DNA from: Zygnema circumcarinatum SAG 698-1b
Taxonomy: Eukaryota; Plantae; Zygnematophyceae
NCBI GenBank assembly: GCA_037447605.1
Contig: CM074813.1
Location: forward strand, 434,001 to 498,000
Direction of reading: 5' to 3'
DNA: 64,000 bases
The position numbers were made by a program, and so were the translations under genes. Of this stretch, positions 50,799 to 61,538 are shown in pieces. Position 1 is the stretch's first letter. The number at the start of each line of letters is the position of its first letter. Under the pieces are notes generated by a model that made no database searches, was not told where the DNA came from, and saw only the letters and a list, made by a program, of their open reading frames with translations.

Positions 50799-51540
50799 AC
50801 CAGAAATCTGGCCTGTGCGTCCATCCCCGAAAGTTACACTATCGGAATGAGGCTGGACTGCAAACCCTGCAGTCCGGACAAAGGTTGCGCTAACAAAGTT
50901 AGCGTCCGCGCCAGTGTCCAGCAGTACCACCGCTGAGTGCCAGTTGGCTGAGCCTTGGAAGGTCATAGCACGATGAGCCAAGTGGAAAATGGACCGTAGC
51001 ACATGTGGTGCGTGGGGGCGAGCAGTCCTCCACACAAGGGAGTGAGGGGACTTCACCAGCGCACTAGTGGGAGATCCTTGCATCCACCTAAGAAGGGGGA
51101 AGCCCTTCTTCCATAGCTTTACCACTTTCCAATCAGTCTGTGGATAAGCCCTCACTGCCACATGTTGTGGGAGCAAGACCCGCAGACTGAGCACATGGTC
51201 CTCCGACCGCAGCAAGCGCAAGGCATCATATGCACACTGCACCAAGGCATCAATGCCCATGGCATTCAAGATAATGACATGCCATTTATCCCCAAAGACA
51301 ACATTCGAAAACATTGTTGGAGTAACAGACGTGGAAGGTAGCAATGAATAATCAACAGGGAGTGCATCACACACAAATAACATGTTCCCACCGAAAATTC
51401 CCCAAATCACATTGAGAATGTCCTGTCTCTGTGGAATACAACATTCTACCCCAGTGACTGCAGCCAACGTGCTGCCCCCTCCACTGACAGGCCCACCGGC
51501 AGCGACTCCTAAGCTGCTGGTGGGGAGCCGTTTTCGCCGG
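50799..51540 (-). CDS. Chromovirus B: extra ~145 aa domain plus aspartic protease, in the +1 frame relative to gag
   Basis: ORF 50712..51857 residues ~110-355; DTG at ~50910-50918; the extra domain occupies ~51018-51449. Confidence 0.7.
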
Positions 51541-53061
51541 CCCCTTCCCCTTTCTGTCCTTCTTGAAGGAGGGGCAGTCATAAGACCTATGCCCCACTTT
51601 CCTGCAACGGAAACACTTGTTTTCCGCGCGCAAAGCCTCCATCTCCTGTGGAGCAAGTTTTTGCGGCTGTGGCCGTTGGTGCTGCTGCTGGTGAGAGGAA
51701 GGAAATTTCCTCTTGCCATTCCCCTTAGGTCGGCCGCCTGGCGCACCAGTTTTGCGCGGCTGTTCGACCGTGTCCGCCCGCGGGGGACGGGAAGGCCCTG
51801 CACCATCTGTAGACCCAGCGTCAGTTTGAACCGCAGCTGCAAACATCTGCTCATCATCCATAGGTCCCCAAGGTTCCAAGGTACGAGGATTCAGCCGAAG
51901 CTGCTTCCGAACGTACGGCTTCAAGCCATGACTGAACCGGAAGAAGAATTCTTCGGGTCCAGGTGGGAACTTGGTAATTGAAGCCCAAGCCGCACGCAAT
52001 TCCCGTAGGAATTCAGCCACGCTTCCAGTCTGCATGAGCGACTGGAACCTGTCCCGTGCAACAGCACTGGGATCCAGGATGCCAAAATGTTTGAGGAGTT
52101 CCGACTCAAACTTCTCAAAGTCTTTTCCGATTAAAGCCTTGCGGCCGGCATAGACACTCCATGCCACGCCCCTCAAAGCGGGTGAAGCAAAGTTCACCCA
52201 TTGATCGGGAGGGCATTGGGTAGCACACAGGTACCCACGCACCTGCCCCAGCCAATGATCGATTGGGCAATCGGAATTCGGTCGATCTCCCCATAAGGAG
52301 ATCGGGGGAACCTTCGCCCGATTTCTCGGGGGAGGATCCCGCATAGCCGGGGCAGATCCACCATTGTGGTCGCCCCGTCCGCCAGCAGCGCCAGCCGAAG
52401 GTGGATTGCTGCCTGGCGGTCCGCCTTCTCCTTCAAAAGGAACGGCCGCGGCTGCTCCTGAAGGGGAAGCAGCGGCGCCGGGCGGAGCCCCAGCCCCTCG
52501 GGGCTGGGAGCGCCCCGTGGACCCACGTCCGCTGCCAGAGGCAGCCGGACGAGTAGGAGGTACCTGTCCACCTATGGGCGCTGCAGCTCCTCTATCACCC
52601 CCCCTAGGAGCTGCCGCCTCTCCTACTGTATCTGCCAAGACTACAGGAGGAGGGGTTGTGGGCTTACCAGTGGCTGGAGGGGGAGGGTCCCCACGGTTCT
52701 GCCGGCCTTGCTCAAAGATCTCGCCGAGGAGGCGCCCCACGTTCTGCTGGAACGCGTCCTGCTGGCTCGCCATGCGAGCCAGCGCCTCCTCCAGCGCGGA
52801 AAACCGCTTATCCGCGCTGGCCTCCGCTCGTCGGAGGACTTCATCCCCATTCACGGGGATGGGCACCCCCATGCTCACCGGGGGTGTCGGTGCTACTGCC
52901 AGCCCAGAGGGGCAGCCTTCCCGACCTCTGTCAGGACGCGGTGGAAGTATTTGCCGCCCATGCGGGCTGCGGCTGGCGGTTGCTCCTGACGGCTGGCCGC
53001 TAGTTCGGCCCGTGAAGAAGAAGGCGGCGGAGGTGGGGCGAGGCACAGGACCCATGTCCAT
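51367..53061 (-). CDS. Chromovirus B gag
   Basis: 564 aa ORF with a Pro/Gly-rich N-terminus, retrotransposon gag core (WLGQVRGYL...F..ELLKHF...ARDRFQSLMQTGSV) and a CCHC knuckle. Confidence 0.88.
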   Translation of the reverse strand: MDMGPVPRPTSAAFFFTGRTSGQPSGATASRSPHGRQILPPRPDRGREGCPSGLAVAPTPPVSMGVPIPVNGDEVLRRAEASADKRFSALEEALARMASQQDAFQQNVGRLLGEIFEQGRQNRGDPPPPATGKPTTPPPVVLADTVGEAAAPRGGDRGAAAPIGGQVPPTRPAASGSGRGSTGRSQPRGAGAPPGAAASPSGAAAAVPFEGEGGPPGSNPPSAGAAGGRGDHNGGSAPAMRDPPPRNRAKVPPISLWGDRPNSDCPIDHWLGQVRGYLCATQCPPDQWVNFASPALRGVAWSVYAGRKALIGKDFEKFESELLKHFGILDPSAVARDRFQSLMQTGSVAEFLRELRAAWASITKFPPGPEEFFFRFSHGLKPYVRKQLRLNPRTLEPWGPMDDEQMFAAAVQTDAGSTDGAGPSRPPRADTVEQPRKTGAPGGRPKGNGKRKFPSSHQQQHQRPQPQKLAPQEMEALRAENKCFRCRKVGHRSYDCPSFKKDRKGKGPAKTAPHQQLRSRCRWACQWRGQHVGCSHWGRMLYSTETGHSQCDLGNFRWEHVICV

Positions 53062-54786
53062 GGGGTGCTTGAAATCAGCCCACGGTTAGCCCATGTCCAC
53101 GTCCTCCTCCGAATCGGGCGAGGGAGGAGGTGAATGGCGCGACGCCATTTGCTTCGGCCGCGCCCTCGGCATCGCCTAGCAGAGCTTGCTAGCCCCACCC
53201 AAAAGAAAAACCCGCGATCTAAACGCGGCTCTGATACCAATGTAACAACCTGCCCCCTGGCAGGCTGCTCTGAGAGTCTAAGTGTCAAAGAGAGAGAGAA
53301 GGAGAGAGAGAGAGGAGCGTGAGCTCAATGCTGGTACAAAGAGCTCGGATGGTCTCCCATCCGGGCGCAGCCCCCTTAAGCTCCCCCCGTTGAACCCCCT
53401 ACCAGCATGGAGGACCGGGAGCGGGACTGCCCAATCAGAGCCCGCCGCGTGGCGGAGATCCTTANNNNNNNNNNNNNNNNNNNNNNNNNNNNNNNNNNNN
53501 NNNNNNNNNNNNNNNNNNNNNNNNNNNNNNNNNNNNNNNNNNNNNNNNNNNNNNNNNNNNNNNNNNNNNNNGGAGGCCGCAAAAGAGGTAAGGGAAAACA
53601 AGCGGCCGGTTTTGCGGCCGTGCCCAACTACAGCGTCTGGGGTGAAGAAGGTAACCCCGTCTGGCCTAAAAAGAGCTGAAATGCCTAAAATCAGGATGGA
53701 GGCTACTGAAAACAGATTCTTCGATAAGCCATCCACCAGGTAGACGTCGTCGATGATGAAGCGCTGGCCGTCAATTAGAGTGGAAACCTGGCCGACATGC
53801 GTCGCAGTTAGGGAGCGGTTATCCCCTAAGAAAATGGTCATGGGGAGAGGGAGGGGGGAGAGCCGAGAGAACCAATCACGACGAAAAGTTAGATGATGGG
53901 AGGCACCGGAGTCAATAAGCCAAGTGGAGTCAGGGAGAGAGGGGTCATACCCAAAAGGGTCCGCGGCCAGAAAAGCGTGACCGAACTCGGGAGCACCGTA
54001 GACAACACCCGGGGTGGGAGGCGGGCCGGCCGGGGGGGGAAAGCCGGGGTGAAGAGAGGGGTGTACGGCGGGTGGCGGCGGCGAGACCAAGGGAGCGGTA
54101 GGGAACGTGAGGGCCGCTTACGGCGTGCCTTCACTAACTGCATAAAGGAATCTTCTGAAACCATGCTGACTTATACTGACCGCGTCAAATCTTTTGCTAG
54201 ACGGCTTCGCAGCATTGATTGCATAGTTCATGATGACGAGATCATCTGTAATCTCTTGGGCAGTCTGCCCGACTCTTTCCGATCCTTCATCTCGTCCATT
54301 GATGCTGCCTCAATCTCACTAACCGTCGCTGATCTGACCGACCTTCTCTTGAACGAGGAGGAAAAAGATTCCACCCCCTCCAGATCCTCCCACGCGTCCG
54401 CGCTCTTCGGATCTGGTCCTCCACCGTCCAAGTCTCCTGGCGCTCTTTTTTGTCGGTATTGCAAGGAACAGACTCACGTAAAGGACAACTGTCCCGCTTT
54501 GGNNNNNNNNNNGGAGGTGGCGTCACGGATGTGCCCGATTAAGCTGCATTGAATGCCGAGCGTGATACGGACAAACGCCTTCTTGTCGCGTTTTGTCCAA
54601 TTGGCGATCTCCTTCGTGCGTGCAGCCAAGGCAGCCGCGTCGACGGTGGAGGCAAGTGGCAAAGGACAGACCTCTGAACCAGTAACGGCAGACCACAGAT
54701 TCTCTTCCTCAAAAAGCTGCTGGCACTGAAACTTCCAATCGTGCCAGTTTGTCCCATCAAATTTTTCAAGCGCATTTGAGGCATGA

Positions 54787-54800
54787 GTGGGCCCATAACC
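54787..54800 (-). other. Half-tRNA-iMet primer-binding site of Copia A
   Basis: Minus GGTTATGGGCCCAC immediately after the LTR; complementary to nt 26-39 (anticodon arm) of plant initiator tRNA-Met as I recall it (GTGGGCCCATAACC). Confidence 0.85.
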
Positions 54801-55117
54801 TATTGAAAAAGACGGAGTGGACATAGTACGATCACAAGTGAGGACAGAGAGAGTTGACACAAAGAAAGATGTGTGATTAACGTGGTGAAGAGTACAACGT
54901 CCTAATCTGTTTTATATACATTTCGGCTAGAGCTACGCGACTAAAAGAGTGTGGAACTAGCCTGAGCAAGGGCAGCGAGGTGTAAAGCACAGAGCCGCAA
55001 AAGTACAACTAAACTAACAGAGAAAGTACAAGCTAAAAGGACAGCCAGGTGTAAGTGCATGTGCCTGGGAAAACGACAAAATAGTACGACAAAACTGAGA
55101 ATGTCGGATTCTCAACA
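54801..55117 (-). repeat. 5' LTR of Copia A
   Basis: Direct repeat of 37592-37908; followed on the minus strand by the PBS. Confidence 0.93.
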
Positions 55118-56664
55118 GTATCCACTCGTGACGTGACGTGACAGGTATGCACATGCCCATGCATGAATGCATGCAGCGCATCACGTCTGCTCGGCTTCTT
55201 GCCATTCGTTGCCGCAACCCGCTTCTGTCGTTTTGCGTGCAACCGCAAGTGTGGAGGATTTCGTTTTACGGGTTGGCGCTACACGACAAAGGACTCTGTT
55301 GGATGCTGTCTTTCTGTCGGTTTGTGAAAAGACAAAACGGAGTCCTTACTTTCATATCATTTAGGACTTGTCGAAAGTTCGGTAGAGCGATATCGGGGTG
55401 CGTTCAGAACAGTACATTTATGGGGAGAAGAGCGAGCGCCTCTTACGGCGGCACGAGCGGGAGATTAGGTGAAAGTTTTGCGTTAAGCCCGTAACGGCTA
55501 GTACAGCTAGTACGGCTGGTAAGGCTAGTACGGTTGGTACAAATAGTACGAGTTTTAGGGTTTTAGGGTACTTATAGTTCGAATAGTACAGTTAACACAA
55601 AGTTACCGTACAAAAAGGTGGTTTCGGCAAATCGGTGCGAATTTAATAGTGACGCACTGTTGAAGGTGGAAAATATGACGAGGACCCCCTGTAAATGATA
55701 AGGACGTACGGACTCCGTTTTGTCTTTGTCCGTACTCTTTTCACAAACAGACAGAAAAATAGCGTCAAACAGAGACCTTTTGTCGTGTAGAGTCAACCCG
55801 CAGCACGAAATCCCTCGCACGTGCGATCTCGCGCAAAACGACAGAAGCGGGTGGCGGCGGCGAATGGTAAGAAGCCGAGCAGACGTGATGCGCTGCATGC
55901 ATGGGCATGGCTCGCACGTCACGTCACGCTTGGATACATGTGATTCTCTCTCACTCTCTCTCTCTCTCAGAGAGAGACGATGGGAGACAGCTGATGCCAT
56001 AACACCTCCAATTCCTTTCATGAATTCCAAAGACAAGGTTGGTCCATTCGAGTTCTGTGAGCGCTTTGACCATCTTCCCCTGCATCATCCTTACTTGCAG
56101 CTGCAGCCGCCGCAGCTGTAAGACCCCTCTCGTCTGTTTGTGACATGATTCAGAGACAACCCTAATTGCAAGCAAAATAAGAAAGCACAAAAGAAAAGCG
56201 AAGGCCACACATACCGAAACGTAAAATGGAAGAAACCATCAAGGGGCCAAAAAATTCATTAAAACAATCAAGAAATTACAGCGCGGCAAATGAGCCCACA
56301 GCTCTCCCTACCTGCCTCTTCTACACTCCTAGACCCTGGATTCAATTCCTTCAGCTCCCTCTCTCTCTCTCTCTCTGCCCCAACACAAGGGGACAGAGTG
56401 CAAAGCAAAAAAAAGCAACAAATAAAGCAGTACTAACTTAAGCTAGTGCCCGCTGTTTCATTAACAGTAGAATTCCCCTTCACCACCTGCACATTAAACC
56501 CCCCCACTACTCCTTATGCTCCCTAGCAATAGACAGAGCTTCACAACCCTAATCGACCTTCACGCGAATTCGCCGATACGCCCACCAAGACTCTGACGAA
56601 CCATGCAAGTGGCCCACTGTTGCAGCAATAAATAGCCCGACCGCCCCCAACCCTAAAAACAGTT

Positions 56665-59153
56665 TTAAAACAATCGCTTCCTCCAAACGCGCGTAGTGGC
56701 GGCCGTCTCCTCCTCGCTCCCTACAGCGATAGATGATGACGTCAGCTCTATGGCCTGCGCCGTTTCTGCGTCCCGAGCAGCGGCGCGAGTGAAGCGACTG
56801 AATTGGCAGTCGGCGCGGAGCAGTCCCGAAGTGCGGTAGTCGCTGATGACGCCGTCCAGGAACCCCTCCGCATTGTCTCCCGGCACAACCTCCGCGCGGA
56901 GGAGCTCACTGTACGTCAACTGCTGGCCCTTCCTGCAAAACCCATAACAAGCAGCCCAGCCTACATTAGAGGTTTTGCCGCGGCAAAATCAAGCATAGAG
57001 CATCGCCATTCCCAGCCCTCATCTCTTAGCCTCAAACCCTCAAACCCTGAAACCGAAAGTGAGTTCATTTAAACCTCGCGAGGCAGAGCCACTCACAATC
57101 GGTCCCTGTGGTCGTTTCGGAAGGTCTGCCCCAAAATGCCGTGGACGTTCTCCGACACATCGACGGCCACCACCTCAAAGTCAAAGTGCACCACGCCGTC
57201 CGATTCAGTGCGCAGCATCGCGATCTCCGGTCGAAGGGTCAGCCTCATTTTCAGGACGTTCCCCACCGTCAGATCGTACACGTCGACGAAATCGTCGACG
57301 CTCCGCTGCTTGGCGGCGACCCAACGCAGTTCTATGTCGCCCCCCGCGAGTTTTACGGAGTCTCCCGCCTTCTCTAGGCGCACCTCCTCGCCGTCGATCT
57401 CCATGCGCGCCATGTAGCCAGTGTCGTACTGCCACCTGGCGCCCTCGCGTGCCTCCAGCGCGATTGTGTGGTGCCCCCAGAGGACGCCCATTTTGCGGAT
57501 CCATGTGAGCGCCTTGTGGGGGTTGTCGCCCCACTGCCCGTAACGGCCGCCGTAGAACACGTTCACATGGAGATGCGCGTCGCTAATCAGACTGAAAGTC
57601 GTGTTGGGTTCACCTGTCGAAGTGCAATCGAAGAATGTGACATATTAGTGAGGTATTATGCGTGGTTTCAAAGTCAAATGATGGAATTATCTCAATATGT
57701 TTTAAAGTTATGAGGAGGTTTAGTGGGAGATTGCAGATAATGTTGGCCTACCGGAGAAGTCGAAGTGAGAGCCGTCCGCCCCTGTGAAGTGAGGGTCCCC
57801 CTTGCCGCCCGGCGTGGTGGGACACGTGGCCTTCTTCGCGCTCGGCGCGTAGCACACGCCGCCGTTGATCTTCAGGTCCGCCGCAAAGCTCGTCAGCTGC
57901 GTCAGCGCCATGTTGCCGCCGCCGATGAACCCGTCCGTCTGCACAGCACCGACCAACGACAATGGAAGGGAAGGCGAGGTCAGCTCTCTCTGTCATTCGC
58001 AGCATCGAGGCGCAGTCGCAGCAGCACACCAGCAACAGTGGTTCGAGTTTGAATGAATTTTGGGAAAGAAGGACCGACCAGGGAGGCGCCGATGGCGCAT
58101 GTATTGCCAGCTGTCCGAATAGGACACGTGGCACTCGAGACCTGGACGAAGCAGCCCGCCACGTACGCAGTGGGGAGTATGCCTTTTGTCGGATTCCCGC
58201 TGACAAACAGCCAATTAAGGAAGAGCGAATCGACATTGCCCGACGTTGACGTACCGCTCAGCGGGAGCTGCAGACACGTGGCAGCCAGCCAGCTTTTGTG
58301 GGTCAAAGAATGAAAAAAATACCCAATTTCAGAGAACCTTCAGTGGAGGCTTATTAGGGTACAAACAGCATACTGGTGGAGGGGCAAGGCGAGGACTAAC
58401 CTGGAAAGTTCCGTCGGCGGCGGTTTTCCCTGTGGCCCACACAAAGAGAGGGTTCGGCGACTTTGTGGTCGACACGATGGTGCAGTTCACAGTGATCTGA
58501 TTGGCACACGTGGCATGGAACGTCAGCACTCGTCCCATTCGACCAATGAAGGTCTGGCATTCAATTGCAGGCCCACCCGCCTCCTGCCTCTTTTCCTTCG
58601 CCTTTCCCCCCCCTCCCCCTGCACCTCTCCTTGCTTCCACTTCCAAGTCCTGCCCTCCCTCCCCCTCTCCTCCCTCCTCCCCCTCTCCTTCCTTCCTCCC
58701 CCTCTACTCCCCTCTCCCTCTCCTCAACTCTCCCTCTCCTCCCTCCCTCCCCCTCTCCTTCCTTCCTCCCTCCTCTCCTCCCTACCTCCCCTCTTTTCCC
58801 TTCTCCCCCCTACCCCCCTCCTAGCCCACCTCCCTAACCACAATTCAGAAGCAGTACGTACCGCGGAGCTGGCGATAGGCTCATCCTTGGAGTCGGCCCC
58901 GTCCCAGCACGTGTCGCAGACGGCCGCGCCCATAAAGTAGCACGCTCTCTGCATGGAACCGCCCCAAAAGCCCGTCAGCTCCAGACACGTCCGCACGTGT
59001 GATGGTCGATGCCCTCCGCTGCTACGCGAGGCAAACACGAGAACAGATTTTCTGCAAAAATGAATCTCGCGCTGCCGAACTCACCGCCATGGAAGCGAAG
59101 GCGAGCACGAGGAGGGAGAGGAGGGCCCAGCGGAGATGTCCGTGACCCGCCAT
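56665..59153 (-). CDS. Secreted Ole-e-I-like + Root cap domain protein, copy 3 (near-identical to copy 2)
   Basis: Exons 59153-59085, 58948-58862, 58496-58401, 58267-58079, 57938-57752, 57613-57097, 56932-56665. Differs from copy 2 by 3 aa in the signal peptide and H/Q in exon 6 (by eye). Confidence 0.85.
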
Positions 59154-61053
59154 GGCTGCTTTCTCTAGCTCTCTCGCTCCCCCTCGCTCTCTCTCCCTTC
59201 CTCTCCCCCCCTCTCTTTTTCTCCCTCTCCTTCTCTCTCCTCCTCAGTCTCTCTTTCGCTCTCTCCCTCTCCCTCTCACCCCTCTCTGTGTATCTTTCGC
59301 GACTGCAGTGCCTGCCACAGTCCGCCGCCGTCCAAATATGAAGGCGGCGAGCTGGCCGTTCCGTACACTCGTTTCAGCCGCCGGCCGGCACGTTCAGCCT
59401 TTTGCGATATACGACAAATGGTAGTTGGTCTGTACAAGCTTACTGGTACATTTTTGGAACCTACTAACCGCCGCTCGTTTGTCGTGTAGAGGTTAGGGGT
59501 ACGGACAGCGGGTCCCGGGGGCGGTGTTTCCTTTGTTCGGCGTGCCTGACGGCGTACAAATCAAGGTACTGCACGTTGTCGTGTTCCGCAAAGCTCGATT
59601 CTGTACGGCACCAATGACAAGCGTGAACAAACCTTTCGAACTGTACAGTACAGTAGGACCCCGTCATATTTTCCACCTACATTTGGCAAATATCGGGCGA
59701 AAATATTGTATTTGGCAAATATAAGGTCCGTGTTACAAATAGGCGAGCGGAATTATGTTAGAGTTCATGTATGTCCGTACGCATCTTATCGTATCGTTTT
59801 CTAGCATATCGNNNNNNNNNNCTCCCTCTCCTCCCTCCCTCCCCCTCTCCTTCCTTCCTCCCTCCTCTCCTCCCTACCTCCCCTCTTTTCCCTTCTCCCC
59901 CCTACCCCCCTCCTAGCCCACCTCCCTAACCACAATTCAGAAGCAGTACGTACCGCGGAGCTGGCGATAGGCTCATCCTTGGAGTCGGCCCCGTCCCAGC
60001 ACGTGTCGCAGACGGCCGCGCCCATAAAGTAGCACGCTCTCTGCATGGAACCGCCCCAAAAGCCCGTCAGCTCCAGACACGTCCGCACGTGTGATGGTCG
60101 ATGCCCTCCGCTGCTACGCGAGGCAAACACGAGAACAGATTTTCTGCAAAAATGAATCTCGCGCTGCCGAACTCACCGCCATGGAAGCGAAGGCGAGCAC
60201 GAGGAGGGAGAGGAGGGCCCAGCGGAGATGTCCGTGACCCGCCATGGCTGCTNNNNNNNNNNAGCACGTGTCGCAGACGGCCGCGCCCATAAAGTAGCAC
60301 GCTCTCTGCATGGAACCGCCCCAAAAGCCCGTCAGCTCCAGACACGTCCGCACGTGTGATGGTCGATGCCCTCCGCTGCTACGCGAGGCAAACACGAGAA
60401 CAGATTTTCTGCAAAAATGAATCTCGCGCTGCCGAACTCACCGCCATGGAAGCGAAGGCGAGCACGAGGAGGGAGAGGAGGGCCCAGCGGAGATGTCCGT
60501 GACCCGCCATGGCTGCTTTCTCTAGCTCTCTCGCTCCCCCTCGCTCTCTCTCCCTTCCTCTCCCCCCCTCTCTTTTTCTCCCTCTCCTTCTCTCTCCCCC
60601 TCTCTCTCTCTCTCGCTCCCTCTCTCCCTCTCACCTCTCTGTATCTCTCGAGACTGCAGTGCCTGCCACAGTCCGCCGCCGTCCAAATATGTAGGCTGCG
60701 AGCTGGCCTTTGCCGTACACTCGTTTCAGCCGCCGTCCGGCACGTTCAACGTTTTTGGCGAAAAACGACAAATGGTAGTTGGTCTGTACAAGCTTACTGG
60801 TACATTTTTGGAACCTAATAACCGCCGCGTGTTTGTCGTATTGTAGTCAGGGGTACGGACAGCGGGTCCCGGGGGCGGTGTTTCTTTTGTTTGGCTTGCC
60901 TGACGGCGTACGAATCGAGGTACGCTGTCGTGTTCAGCAAAGCCCGATCCTGTACGGCACCAATGACAAGCGTGAACTGACTTCACGACCTGTACAAAAG
61001 TCCCTTCCATGCGTACGAAAAATCTCGAATCTCGTCGTATGGTATTCGAATTA

Positions 61054-61538
61054 CAGTCGATTCTCGTTATAGTGACACTGTTTATAAGAACAGCATGGAT
61101 ATACTGACTTTTTTTCCGGGAACGGAATTGCACCACTGCAGATCCTGCGCCAGTAGTGACGTCATTACGGATATAATGACGTTGAAAAACCCTGATTGTT
61201 ACTATATATTCAAAATGTCGATATTATCCACCCACGTATTGGAATATGCGTTAACAAATATATTACGACCGTACACATTATCGACTAATATCGTCAGATT
61301 TCGACTTGACCGTACATATTAAATTGTCCGTACACATGCTCACTAGGGTTCGTACACACCTCCCCACGTGACGACTGCCCAAAAAGTAGAATGTACGGTA
61401 TCAAAGTCGTACGGATATACCGCAAAAACATATGTAATAACATTGTTACTATAAATGTGAAATGACAAACGGGTCATTACCGATATAGTGACACAAATGT
61501 GTGGGGACCGACACAGTCACTATAACGTGATTAGACTG
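61054..61538. mobile_element. 485 bp MITE, Tc1/mariner(pogo)-like termini
   Basis: TIR CAGTCGATTCTCGTTATAGTGAC / GTCACTATAACGTGATTAGACTG (3 mismatches), TA TSD (61052-61053, 61539-61540). The empty site CTGGA-TA-ATTCGAATA is present in the left arm at 33876-33877. Confidence 0.88.

Larger units (their letters stand above)
47751..53464 (-). mobile_element. Ty3/Gypsy chromovirus B (both ends lost in N gaps)
   Basis: Partial 5' LTR 53241-53464 ending TGTTACA; PBS TGGTATCAGAGC 53228-53239. Gag with CFRCRKVGHRSYDC, PR LLDTGADANF, RT YLDDILVFS, RNaseH VCDASGFALGAVL, integrase HDPPYRGH/GMDLITDLP/DRDTQF, GPF module, chromodomain start EYEVEAIQTHR. Confidence 0.92.
37592..55117 (-). mobile_element. 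Ty1/Copia element A (outermost host of the nest), degenerate
   Basis: 317 bp LTRs at 37592-37908 and 54801-55117 (~8 mismatches by eye), TSD GTATC (37587-37591, 55118-55122), PPT AATGAGAGGGAG. Gag FDGTNWHDWKF (~54515-54790), protease WLIDSGASHHL (~53860), RT 46881-47610 (HQMDVKTAFL, VYVDDLII), RT/RNaseH 37916-38716 (GYCDSDW, RTKHIDI). Integrase is not visible (N gaps). Confidence 0.93.

Noticed and set aside
52364-53089. 241 aa plus-strand ORF antisense to chromovirus gag, and similar antisense ORFs over GC-rich exons
   Set aside because: Shadow ORFs expected from high GC; low-complexity translations.
47741-53571. Claim that chromovirus B is inserted in A's integrase with a defined TSD
   Set aside because: Both B junctions fall in N gaps and A's integrase is not visible, so nesting is plausible but unproven.
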